64,000 nucleotides of DNA from Christensenellales bacterium (GCA_050952545.1 JBMNLD010000002.1:240705-304704); one strand, 5' to 3'; positions 18,788-28,574 are shown, counted from the first letter of the stretch. Notes: generated by a model from the letters alone, not told the origin. A program made the numbers and translations.

Positions 18788-19012
18788 ATGGAAAAGAAAA
18801 TTTTGGAAACAATAGCCTTAATGCTCAACAAAGAGCCCGGCACGATAACCTTGGAATCCGACTTTATAAAAGACCTTAACGCGGATTCTCTCGATATTCT
18901 GGAAATGCTTCTTAAACTCGAAGAAGAATATCAAATCACCATTAAAGACGAGGATGTGCCGCAAATCAAAACCGTAAACGATTTAATCAAATATATAAAG
19001 GATTATAAATAG
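18788..19012 (+). CDS. Acyl carrier protein (stand-alone)
   Basis: 74 aa. LNADSLDILEML phosphopantetheine-attachment motif (DSL). Similar to the AcpP LGADSLDTVELV region. Confidence 0.75.
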   Translation: MEKKILETIALMLNKEPGTITLESDFIKDLNADSLDILEMLLKLEEEYQITIKDEDVPQIKTVNDLIKYIKDYK

Positions 19013-19112
19013 TTATTTTAGGTCGGTGAAAACTGACCTTTTTGTTAGTTTTTATACTGCTTGACTATTATATACTTACATAATAGAATGTTAAAGTACA
19101 TATGGAGCGAAA

Positions 19113-22100
19113 ATGTTACCAGATATAAGCGTCAGAAAACCTTATTTAATAGTTGTATTTATTGTGATTATTGCGATACTCGGAGGTGTCGCGTATTTTA
19201 ATATGCCGGTTGATCTTCTGCCGAATATGAATTTACCCTATATTGCGATAGTGATTATCTCGCCGGGCTCTTCACCCGAGGATGTCGAGCGTACGATTTC
19301 TTCGCCGGTAGAGCAGGCGATGGCGACCATTGACAATGTCAAGAGAATCACCTCCAATTCCAACGAGCATTACTCAATGGTGCTTATGGAATTCAACGGC
19401 AAAGTAGACCTGAATTCCGCGACGATAGACATTCAGTCCAACCTTGTTAAGGTAAAGAGCGATTTTCCCGATATGACAATGGAGCCTATGATATTAAAGC
19501 TCGATCCGTCTATGCTCCCCGTGATGAATATCGCCGTGTCCGAGAAAGGCAAGACCATTAACGAATCTTCCGAATACCTCGAATCCATAGGCAATGAATT
19601 GCTGTCCGTCGAGGGCGTAGCGCAGGTAGGCTATGATGGATTGATTGATAATCTCGTGCTCGTGATGCTCAATAACGAAAAGCTGACAAATAGCATTAAA
19701 GAGCAATTGACGCCGGACAGAATGAGTTTTGTCGATGAAGAAGCGTATCAGCAGGCGGTAGCGAATACGCCGGAGGGCGAGCCCTTACCCGATAAGGATG
19801 ATTATGTGGACGAAGATGCGTATAACGGCGCGCTTGCCAACGCTCAGGCGGCGTCGGAAATAGTCGGCAAAATGATTGCCGCTATGCTTCAGCCGGAGCT
19901 CATCGGCAAGGCGCTCTACGCGCAGAATTTCAATATGCCCGCGGGTAATATCGAGATAGACGGAATCAGCTATCTTGTAAAAATCGGCGATAAAATTAAT
20001 TCTTATAACAGCCTTAAAGATATGTCAATACTGTCTATTGATTTCAAGAGCGTAATCGGCAATTACGAGCAAATAATTGACGCTTTAAGAAATATCAGCG
20101 TATCTCAGGCGACGCTAGATACATTGAAATCGCTTTCAGACCCCGACGGTATCGCTAAAAGCACCTTATGGGAGATGATGCAGGCGTTAACCAATCTCGA
20201 GGATAATCCGTTATTTGAAAAGATCCAAGACCCCGATACGGGCGAGACGGTGTACATAATTAACAGCGCGTTCACCGAAGGATTTGAGGCGCTCGGACCT
20301 ATCGCGGAGCAATTGGACGAATTTGTGTTAACGGCGGAATCGTTAAATACCGTTGAAATAATCGACGAATTAATAGAGTTTTTCGACAATATGGACAACG
20401 AAGAATTAGTAGCGGACTTAAACGAATTGAAAAATACGCTGATATCAATCAGGCAGACAATGATCGGCGGCGGCATTTTACAAGAACAGGTAAGGCTTGA
20501 CGAGTCCGGAAATCCTGTAATCGACCCGGTAAGCGGTGAGCCGATAGTAGATTATGTCTTCAGTCCGGCGCTTTTAGAATTATTGAGATCAGCATCGGAG
20601 CTTGGCGACACTCTTGAAGAAATCGAAGTCACCGAAGAGCGGATTATCGAAATTCAGCATATGCTGTCCGGGATATACGCATCGCTTGACGATATCTCGG
20701 CTTTTGCAATGGCGGTGGAGGATTTTCTCAAATTGCCTTTTGTGTTCAATAAGCAGTATTTAACGGACGATCAGGGCAATTATTTGGACGCTGACGGCAA
20801 TATTACCGATAATCCCGCTGAATATGTGATAGTCAGCTATAAAATCAATACGGCGTTTATCGACTTGCTTGAATTATTGCCGCCGCTTACATTAAAGGTC
20901 AATCAAATCGCGGACGCGGTAACGCTTGACACATCTTGCAAGGAATTCTCGATAGTAAACGGCATCCCCGGCGTAATGCTTTCGATTCAGAAACAATCGG
21001 ATATCTCGACCGTAACGGTATCCAAAGGAGTAAAGGCGAAAATCGCCGAGATGGCCGACGCTAATCCCGACCTTGAGTATATCGTGCTGATGGACCAGGG
21101 CGAATATGTAGTGTATATGATTAACACTATCATCAAGAATTTGCTATATGGCGCGCTCTTTGCGATAATAATCCTTTTCCTGTTCTTAAAGCGAATTAAG
21201 CCCACTTTTATAGTAGGCTCGTCAATATTTATTTCAGTTGTCGCGGCGTTCGTCCTGATGTATTTTTCAGGCATCTCGTTAAATATCATCTCAATGGGCG
21301 GTCTTGCGCTGGGCGTAGGAATGCTTGTAGATAACTCTATCGTGGTAATAGAGAATATTTACCGGTTGCGCGAGGAGGGCGAGGGAATATTCGCGTCCTG
21401 CGTAAAAGGCGCGAAACAAGTGTCGGGCGCCATTATATCTTCAACTCTTACGACAGTAATAATATTCCTGCCCATTGCGTTTATCGAGGGCATTACCAAG
21501 CAGATTTTCTCGGATATAGGATTGACGATAGCATTTTCACTCGGGGCTAGCCTTTTTGTAGCGCTGACATTTGTGCCTATGGCGGCGTCCGGGATGCTGA
21601 AAAAAGAAAAAAGCGTAACCGAATCGGTGTTCTTTATAAAGATGAAGAATTTCTACGCCAAATCAATGGAATTCTTCTTAAATAAGAAATGGATTGTAAT
21701 TATAAGCGTAAGCGTGCTCTTTTTCGGTAGCGTTTTATCCGTGTTTTTTATGAACAGGATTTTCTTCCCGCCCTCGGATATGGGCTTTATAACCGTTACG
21801 GCTACCGTAAAGAAAGATAAATTGCCGGACGGCGTAAGCTATGAGGATGCGACAAGACTTATTGTGGATTATCTTGACCTTAAAATTAAAGAAAAAGAGT
21901 ATGTCGAAGATATCGGTATTCAGGTTACATCGGGAATGTCCATGTACGGCATTGACGCGGGAGGCGAATATATCAGCGCGAATGTCGTGCTTAAAGAAGG
22001 CAAGCGAAAGCCCGCGAATTCGATAATTGAAGATCTCGTTAAAGAATTAAAGGTTATTCCCGGGCTTCCCGAGGATTCGTATACAATAAGAGGCTCGTCG

Positions 22101-23714
22101 GAATCCGTGGATATGGGTTTTGTAGACGACAGCACGCTTACATTCTTTGTGTACGGCGAGGAACTGGACGATATGAGACAGGCGGCGAAAGAACTCGCGC
22201 TGCTACTCAGCAAAGTTGAGGGAGTAAATAAAGAAAAGGTCAATAGCGGAGTAGGCGTTCCTCCTATGGAATATCAGCTGCATATCGACCCGTATAAAGC
22301 AGCGCCTTACGGAATTTATGTAGCGCAGGCGCTTCAGACTATGCAAACGCTTCTTAAAGAGCCCGAGGCATGCACGACGGTAAAATTCGATTCAACCAGA
22401 CTTAATTATGATGTAATTGTATACGGCTCCGAATACAAATTAGACAGATGGTATATGGCGCACGACAAGGATATGAATGTCCATAAGGTGTATATCAATT
22501 ACGACGATACATATTACACCGTAATAGACGGTGAAATTGTCGAAGTGAACAGGGTATTTAAGGGTGTGAAACCAACGAATCAATTCACGTTCACGCATTC
22601 GGGCACGGAATATCAATTAACGGGCGAGAGCAACAATATGATTATTTATTATTCCGTCGGAAGAATTAACGATATCGATCTTGTGACATTTGAGATTAAC
22701 AGCGTCGTGCTGCCTGGGACGGAATTGGAATATTCGATATCGGTGCCGCTATATAAGATATTAAAGGACGAATCTTTCTTGACGGACGAGAACGGCAATA
22801 TCCTGTACAGAATTAAAGAAGACGAGGACGGAATGCCCGTTTATCTCAAAGACGAACACGGCAATGTCATTGAAGACGAGAACGGCAATCCCGTGCCCGA
22901 TTATGTAAGGGACGAGGACGGCAATAAGATACCCGTAGGCATAGCTATGAAAGAAGGCTACCTTAGCGTAGCGCATGATAACGGAGTCAGGAGAACGACT
23001 GTTACCATAGGCTTGAAGCCGGGAGCGAATACGGACAGGGTCTTGGATAAGTGTCTGGAAGTCATTAAAGGTTACAGCGCGCCCGAGGGAGTCAGCATTG
23101 ATGTGGAGGGCGAGAATCCTATAATCACCGAGGCGTATAAGACGCTCATTGTCGTGCTTATTCTCGGCGTGATGCTGGTCTACCTCGTAATGGTCGCACA
23201 ATTCCAATCCCTTAAATCTCCTATGATAGTAATGTTCACGGTGCCGCTTGCGTTTACGGGCTCGGTGTTCGCGATGCTTATTGCATTCAAGCCGATAAGC
23301 GTCGTAGCGCTTGTAGGGCTGGTCTTATTAATGGGCATAGTGGTTAATAACGGAATTGTATTCGTAGATTATGTCAATCAACTCATAGCCGAAGGCATGG
23401 ACAGGAAAAATGCGCTTATTAAGGCGGGCAGAGACAGAATCAGACCGATATTGATGACCGCGCTGACGACGATATTCGGACTCCTGATTATGGCGTTTGA
23501 CAACAGCGCGCAAGGCGCGATGATGCAGCCTATGGCGATAGCTACTATCGGAGGTATGGTATACGCTACGCTTCTTACGATATACTTTGTGCCGATAATG
23601 TTCGACATTTTCAATAAAAAGAAAGGCAATACAGGTATTGATAAAGGTATCGAAAAGCTGTATATGGAAGAGAAAGAAAAGCGGTTTGATAATATATCGG
23701 ATATCGAAAATTAA
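19113..23714 (+). CDS. RND-superfamily efflux/export permease (AcrB/SwrC-like) with greatly expanded extracytoplasmic loops, 1533 aa
   Basis: The N-terminal YLIVVF...MPVDLLPNMNLPYIAIV...SPVEQAM is typical of RND. Two 5-6 TM bundles are present. Loop 1 is ~660 aa and loop 2 ~450 aa. Acidic DENGN/DEDGN tandem repeats sit in loop 2. Confidence 0.85.
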   Translation: MLPDISVRKPYLIVVFIVIIAILGGVAYFNMPVDLLPNMNLPYIAIVIISPGSSPEDVERTISSPVEQAMATIDNVKRITSNSNEHYSMVLMEFNGKVDLNSATIDIQSNLVKVKSDFPDMTMEPMILKLDPSMLPVMNIAVSEKGKTINESSEYLESIGNELLSVEGVAQVGYDGLIDNLVLVMLNNEKLTNSIKEQLTPDRMSFVDEEAYQQAVANTPEGEPLPDKDDYVDEDAYNGALANAQAASEIVGKMIAAMLQPELIGKALYAQNFNMPAGNIEIDGISYLVKIGDKINSYNSLKDMSILSIDFKSVIGNYEQIIDALRNISVSQATLDTLKSLSDPDGIAKSTLWEMMQALTNLEDNPLFEKIQDPDTGETVYIINSAFTEGFEALGPIAEQLDEFVLTAESLNTVEIIDELIEFFDNMDNEELVADLNELKNTLISIRQTMIGGGILQEQVRLDESGNPVIDPVSGEPIVDYVFSPALLELLRSASELGDTLEEIEVTEERIIEIQHMLSGIYASLDDISAFAMAVEDFLKLPFVFNKQYLTDDQGNYLDADGNITDNPAEYVIVSYKINTAFIDLLELLPPLTLKVNQIADAVTLDTSCKEFSIVNGIPGVMLSIQKQSDISTVTVSKGVKAKIAEMADANPDLEYIVLMDQGEYVVYMINTIIKNLLYGALFAIIILFLFLKRIKPTFIVGSSIFISVVAAFVLMYFSGISLNIISMGGLALGVGMLVDNSIVVIENIYRLREEGEGIFASCVKGAKQVSGAIISSTLTTVIIFLPIAFIEGITKQIFSDIGLTIAFSLGASLFVALTFVPMAASGMLKKEKSVTESVFFIKMKNFYAKSMEFFLNKKWIVIISVSVLFFGSVLSVFFMNRIFFPPSDMGFITVTATVKKDKLPDGVSYEDATRLIVDYLDLKIKEKEYVEDIGIQVTSGMSMYGIDAGGEYISANVVLKEGKRKPANSIIEDLVKELKVIPGLPEDSYTIRGSSESVDMGFVDDSTLTFFVYGEELDDMRQAAKELALLLSKVEGVNKEKVNSGVGVPPMEYQLHIDPYKAAPYGIYVAQALQTMQTLLKEPEACTTVKFDSTRLNYDVIVYGSEYKLDRWYMAHDKDMNVHKVYINYDDTYYTVIDGEIVEVNRVFKGVKPTNQFTFTHSGTEYQLTGESNNMIIYYSVGRINDIDLVTFEINSVVLPGTELEYSISVPLYKILKDESFLTDENGNILYRIKEDEDGMPVYLKDEHGNVIEDENGNPVPDYVRDEDGNKIPVGIAMKEGYLSVAHDNGVRRTTVTIGLKPGANTDRVLDKCLEVIKGYSAPEGVSIDVEGENPIITEAYKTLIVVLILGVMLVYLVMVAQFQSLKSPMIVMFTVPLAFTGSVFAMLIAFKPISVVALVGLVLLMGIVVNNGIVFVDYVNQLIAEGMDRKNALIKAGRDRIRPILMTALTTIFGLLIMAFDNSAQGAMMQPMAIATIGGMVYATLLTIYFVPIMFDIFNKKKGNTGIDKGIEKLYMEEKEKRFDNISDIEN

Positions 23715-24439
23715 GGCTTATAATTGTATATAGGCGGGGCTTTACGCTTATGGGCGGTGGAATTAATTCTTTCTAAGATTAAATCGCTTTTAGAGCCGGA
23801 GCCCGTTAAGATGTATTCGTCAATTTCTTTGTAGCTAATACCCATTTCATTTTCGTCCGTCTGCCCCTCATAAAGTCCCGCGGACGGCGCTTTGGTAAGT
23901 ATCTCCTCGGGGCAGTCGAGCGCTACAAGCATTTTATAGACGCCGCTAACAGTCAAATCGCCGATAGGATTAAAGTCGTACGCGCCGTCGCCCCATTTAG
24001 TGAAATATCCGATCGTATATTCGGACAGATTACCGGAGCCAGCGACGAGATAATTCATACTCTGGGCGTACGCATAAAGCGTAATCATCCTGAGCCTCGG
24101 ATTAATGTTATTGTATGCCATGGAATTATTGCCGCCGATAAGCGGTTCGAGCAATTTGCGGTATTCGCGCTTTACAGGCGTTAAATCCGCTTCGATGACA
24201 TTTATGTTATATCTAGCCGCGATAAGCAACGCGTGCTCGCGGTCTGTTCCGTAATTGATACTGCTTTCGCAGGGCATTATGATACCCGTCACATTGTCCG
24301 TCGCCATTTTACACAATATGCCAGTAAGCGCGCTGTCCTTGCCGCCGCTGTTGCCGTATACGATACCTTTGGCGCCGGACGAGGCTAATATGCCCTTTAT
24401 CCATTTCACTCTATTAGAGATGTTCACAATGTCCTCCAT
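23711..24439 (-). CDS. nadE: NH3-dependent NAD+ synthetase
   Basis: SGGKDS PP-loop (YGNSGGKDSALTGIL). About 240 aa. Confidence 0.8.
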   Translation of the reverse strand: MEDIVNISNRVKWIKGILASSGAKGIVYGNSGGKDSALTGILCKMATDNVTGIIMPCESSINYGTDREHALLIAARYNINVIEADLTPVKREYRKLLEPLIGGNNSMAYNNINPRLRMITLYAYAQSMNYLVAGSGNLSEYTIGYFTKWGDGAYDFNPIGDLTVSGVYKMLVALDCPEEILTKAPSAGLYEGQTDENEMGISYKEIDEYILTGSGSKSDLILERINSTAHKRKAPPIYNYKP

Positions 24440-24465
24440 ACAAAAAATGCATCTTGACGATGCAC

Positions 24466-24717
24466 TTACTTGATATACAGCCTGAAAGATTTATACTGCG
24501 AGTGCGGCAGCATCTTCTTCACATCCGTCCTGCCTACAAGGTAATCTATATTGACCTTGTAATACTCCGCGAGCTTAATCAGCATATCAATGGGTATATT
24601 GATACGCCCGGACTCATAATCCGAATATGTACTCTGGTCTACGCCCAGATACTCGGCTAATTCGCGCTGGTATAAATCCGCGTCCTCTCTTAAATCTCTG
24701 ATTCGTTTAAGATACAT
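24466..24717 (-). CDS. XRE-family HTH transcriptional regulator
   Basis: LYQRELAEYLGVDQSTYSDYESG HTH. Start MYLKRIRDL is preferred, since a TTGATT-17-TATAAT promoter and RBS lie inside the longer ORF-track extension. Confidence 0.65.
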   Translation of the reverse strand: MYLKRIRDLREDADLYQRELAEYLGVDQSTYSDYESGRINIPIDMLIKLAEYYKVNIDYLVGRTDVKKMLPHSQYKSFRLYIK

Positions 24718-24831
24718 TCCCAACCTCTGTGGCAAGATTATATCATTAATGTTAACAAAAATCAATAATTAAGGCAAATCAAAATTTAGCAAATTTTATA
24801 AATAAATAGCCGCGTTTTCAGCGCGGCTATC

Positions 24832-24908
24832 TGGTCTGAGTGAGAAGATTTGAACTTCCGGCCTCTTGAACCCCATTCAAGCGCGCTACCAAACTGCGCC
24901 ACACCCAG
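24832..24908 (-). tRNA. tRNA-Pro, anticodon GGG
   Basis: Hand-folded 77-nt cloverleaf: acceptor CTGGGTG/CACTCAG (C1:G72), D-stem GCGC/GCGC, anticodon stem CTTGA/TCAAG, loop AT-GGG-GT, T-arm GGAAG-TTCAAAT-CTTCT, 3' ACCA. A terminator hairpin lies downstream at 24808-24830. Confidence 0.85.
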
Positions 24909-24996
24909 ATAATTATCGGGATTATAATAGCATTTTAGATTACTTTTTGCAACAGTTTAAGGGAGAAATTTTAATTAATTGCTCTTATAATGATTC

Positions 24997-27510
24997 CTAA
25001 TAATTCTCTTTAAGGATTATTTTATAGATAACAATAACAGCGCAGGTTGCTATAAATGCGACGGACGCTAGGACAATGGACAGAATTTGTCCCGTAGTCA
25101 GCCCGTTTTTTATCAGGTGTCCGGTCTTTATGTAGCCCGTATAATCTTTATACCTGATAAGCGTAAATTCGCTGTCGCCGTCTACTTCGCCGTCCAAGGT
25201 CACTTTCGCGCCGTCCGGGAGCTTAGCGAGCACCGCCGAATGCGTATCGGGTAGCGAATAGAGCTCGACTTGCTCTCCGAGACGAGACGCTTTCACTTTG
25301 TATGTAAATGTTTCAGTCGCAGGCTCGATATTAGCCGCTACGACCTCGCTTATCGGCACATAGCCCGTCGCGTTCATATATTTTACTTCGTACCAGTTAA
25401 TAACTTTTTCGCCGTCTTTTTCGGCTACATTGCTGACGACTTCGATAATATTGTCGCGGCCTACCAAAGGAAAGACTTTGGGCGCGTAAAGCGAGGGATA
25501 CATATATATGTCTAAAGTCGGATGCAGGGATTTAATGTGGGTTACGGACGGCGCTCCCGCCTGAAGAAGCGCGGTGTCGCTCTGCCTTATGTACGCTTTT
25601 ACGCCGTCAATCTCCACATAATAATAATGTATCGAGTTATGGCTGACTTCGTTTAAGACGATAAGACAAGAATCAGCCTGAATAACGCTTATATCCTCGA
25701 AATTGTCCGGTCTCATGTAAAGTGTGGAATCGCTTAATACATAAGCGATTTTAATGACGGACAACACCTCTGTGGGATGAGGATAGGGCGGGGCGTTCTC
25801 GCCGACAGCTTGAGAATTGTTTATTACCGTAATGTTATGATAAGCGGGGTTAGCCGCGAAAATCCTGCCGTCGCTTGAAAGGCTCATGCCCTTAACGCTG
25901 TCAACAGATTTGTTCTCATCGTCAAGCGTATACTCGTCCGCTAAGGCATAAGCGTTGATATTTCTCACGAAACGGTATATTTTTACGCTCTCTCCTTTGG
26001 TCGAAATATAAATGTTGCCGCCGTAATCTACAAGCAGATCCTTAATGCCGCTTATCCCGTAATCCGCGTAATCAATATTAAAAGGCAATTGCCTGCCGTC
26101 AATTGAATATGAGATTAATCCGTCTTCGTCAGATACATAGAGGATTTTGCCCGCTTTGGATACGGCGATATTTAAGGGCGCCGTCGGGAATGTAATGAGT
26201 TCCCAAAATTCCGTGTCGCTCTTGGATTTAGCGTAAATTTTCTTATCCTCTGTGTCCAAGACATACACCGTATCGTCCCCGGATACGGCGACGGATGTAA
26301 TATCGTTAAAATCATACGACGCTATGAAATTATTCCTGTAAAAGTATTGAAGCCGTCCCGTGCTGTCCGCTACATAAAGCCCGTCCGTATAATCCGCCGC
26401 GACTATATGCGGTCTGATGAATTCGCCGTCATTATCGCCCGATGCGCCTATTTCAATAAATTCAGTTATGATATTATCGGAATTAATCTTATAATTCATT
26501 ACTCTGTCGTTAAGAGAATCGGCTATATACAGATTATTGCCGTTGATATCAGTGTCGGTCGGCGTGTTCAGACGCCTGATGCTTGTGCCGCGGCTGCCGT
26601 ACATATGCTTTAAGGTCAAAGCCGTCGAGAGCGTAAACACCTTTACCGCCGAATATGAGGGATTGGCGACATACAACAGATTATTATAAAGGCACACGCC
26701 GCCTATATCCGAAACCGTGGCGTCCGACGCGCCGCCGATTGTCAGAATTATGTCTTCATACAAATAACCGCTTTCGGTATTTTTATACCTTACAATCCTG
26801 TCGCTTACGACAATAAGCAAATAACTGTCGTTAGCCAGTATATAATTTATTTTAGGAATATTATTGAGCAAAGTCGTAAATTCCGTTTCGCCGGGTACTA
26901 CGCGGTATATCTCATCGAATCCGGAATTATAAAGAAGCAACGAGCCGTTATTAAAAATCATTGAACTAGTGAAATTAATAATAGGCGAGGCGGTAAATAT
27001 CACGGACTGAGAGGAAATCTCTAATTCGTCTTCATATTCTAAAGTATAGGCGGTAATGTCGGTTAAGTTAATAATGTAAAGAGTATCCGAAACATAATCC
27101 GCCGCCATTGAAGATGGATTGGCGGAATTAGCGTTTAATATATCGGTAATGTCTTGGATTAATTCGCCGCTATTGATGTTATAGACATATATTTCGGAAA
27201 AATCAGTCGCAGTCCTTACCGTCATAACGAATAAATAATCCGAAATCATCAGCATTTCTTTAATGCTTTTATTAAACGGAATAACTGTCCTTTCTTCGTC
27301 TCTTATTATAATTATCTTTTCATTATTGTCGTAAACCGCAAATCCGTCAGAGTTTACCGCAATTTCGGCGGGCTTTATAAAGTTGTAATAATACCCCTGC
27401 TCGCCCGAAACAAAATCGTAGTCAATGGTATCGCTATCCGCATTAGCCGTCATTAAAGTCGCGCCCAACAGTATAATGACGATTATTAAGATAGTCGTGA
27501 CTTTTCTCAT
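24997..27510 (-). CDS. Cell-surface protein: signal peptide, NHL-like beta-propeller repeats, three SH3b-like domains, C-terminal TM anchor
   Basis: N-terminal MRKVTTILIIVIILLGATLMTANA. Repeats such as GNNLYIADSLNDRV and DGLYVADSTGRL. C-terminal ILSIVLASVAFIATCAVIVIY. Confidence 0.55.
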   Translation of the reverse strand: MRKVTTILIIVIILLGATLMTANADSDTIDYDFVSGEQGYYYNFIKPAEIAVNSDGFAVYDNNEKIIIIRDEERTVIPFNKSIKEMLMISDYLFVMTVRTATDFSEIYVYNINSGELIQDITDILNANSANPSSMAADYVSDTLYIINLTDITAYTLEYEDELEISSQSVIFTASPIINFTSSMIFNNGSLLLYNSGFDEIYRVVPGETEFTTLLNNIPKINYILANDSYLLIVVSDRIVRYKNTESGYLYEDIILTIGGASDATVSDIGGVCLYNNLLYVANPSYSAVKVFTLSTALTLKHMYGSRGTSIRRLNTPTDTDINGNNLYIADSLNDRVMNYKINSDNIITEFIEIGASGDNDGEFIRPHIVAADYTDGLYVADSTGRLQYFYRNNFIASYDFNDITSVAVSGDDTVYVLDTEDKKIYAKSKSDTEFWELITFPTAPLNIAVSKAGKILYVSDEDGLISYSIDGRQLPFNIDYADYGISGIKDLLVDYGGNIYISTKGESVKIYRFVRNINAYALADEYTLDDENKSVDSVKGMSLSSDGRIFAANPAYHNITVINNSQAVGENAPPYPHPTEVLSVIKIAYVLSDSTLYMRPDNFEDISVIQADSCLIVLNEVSHNSIHYYYVEIDGVKAYIRQSDTALLQAGAPSVTHIKSLHPTLDIYMYPSLYAPKVFPLVGRDNIIEVVSNVAEKDGEKVINWYEVKYMNATGYVPISEVVAANIEPATETFTYKVKASRLGEQVELYSLPDTHSAVLAKLPDGAKVTLDGEVDGDSEFTLIRYKDYTGYIKTGHLIKNGLTTGQILSIVLASVAFIATCAVIVIYKIILKENY

Positions 27511-27761
27511 TAGTAAACCTCTTGATAGATTATACCAAAATATGCCGCCCTTTGTAAATAGATATAACGCTGCCCTTTACGGACAGCGAAATATGTTAAG
27601 TGCGAAGGTTGCCCTTCGCACTTTATCATATGTATATCTCAACTTCTTCTTTTGTACGCTTTAATTATACTTGATAAAAAGCTATTTGTCAATAATAAAA
27701 AAAAGTCCAAGCGATTGAAAGTATGGGCCATTATATGGTACAATTAGCGTTGGAGATAATT

Positions 27762-28574
27762 ATGGCGGAAATAAACAACAAAAAACATTTCAGAAAAAGA
27801 AAATCCAAAACTCCAGTGAGAGATAACTATATTCCCGAGGGAAGCCCCGAATTGCTTGAAAAATCCGTTGACGGTTTAGGTCTTTCGGAGAGAACGCTGA
27901 ATGTATTAAAAAAAGGCGGCGTCAAGACGCTCGCCGATCTATTGAAATTCAGAGAGAGGGAACTCTATAAGATTCAGAACTTTAATAAGAAAAACCTTAT
28001 GGAAGTATCGGAAAAAGTTAAGGAATTAAAATTAAAATTCAGACCAGACGAAAAAAATGACAGAATTAAAGTGCTGCCGGACGGAAGAATAGAAGACAGA
28101 AGAGTCGGACATAGAGACAGATTTTCAGACCCGGTAAGCTCAGGGAGAAAGCCCGACAGAGGTGGCAGGACTATAAGGGAAGAAAAGCCTCGCGACTCAT
28201 TGATAAAATTTATGCGCGACGGCAAATACGGTTTCAAGGACTATAAAGGCAATGTGGTAATACAGCCCGTTTACAGCGACGCGTTTAATTTCAAGGAAGG
28301 GCTGTGCTGCGCCGAATTAAACGGATTATACGGCTATATAGATAAAGACAACAATACCGTCATACCCTTTAAGTACGAGCTCGCAATGAGTTTTTCAGAA
28401 GGATTCGCCTGTGTTACTGTGAACGAGAAATCAGGCTATATAGATAAACAGGGCAATGTCGTAATTGACCTCATATACGATGCGGCAACACCGTTCAGCG
28501 AGGGCAGTGCAAGGGCTAAAATAGACGGCAAATGGGGAATACTGACGCCGGACGGAAAGATTAAAATGCTATAA
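27762..28574 (+). CDS. Fusion protein: RNA polymerase alpha-subunit C-terminal-domain-like HhH module, basic linker, WG/KWG beta repeats
   Basis: The span LLEKSVDGLGLSERTLNVLKKGGVKTLADLLKFRERELYKIQNFNKKNLMEVSEKVKELKL matches the alphaCTD signature. The C-terminal half has three KYGFKD/GYIDK...KWG repeats. RBS ggaga precedes the ATG at 27762. Confidence 0.6.
   Translation: MAEINNKKHFRKRKSKTPVRDNYIPEGSPELLEKSVDGLGLSERTLNVLKKGGVKTLADLLKFRERELYKIQNFNKKNLMEVSEKVKELKLKFRPDEKNDRIKVLPDGRIEDRRVGHRDRFSDPVSSGRKPDRGGRTIREEKPRDSLIKFMRDGKYGFKDYKGNVVIQPVYSDAFNFKEGLCCAELNGLYGYIDKDNNTVIPFKYELAMSFSEGFACVTVNEKSGYIDKQGNVVIDLIYDAATPFSEGSARAKIDGKWGILTPDGKIKML

Noticed and set aside
17198-24908. Genomic island integrated at tRNA-Pro
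   Set aside because: No integrase, recombinase or att direct repeat could be found by eye. Only the XRE regulator is suggestive. This is kept as a low-interest finding rather than a mobile_element feature.
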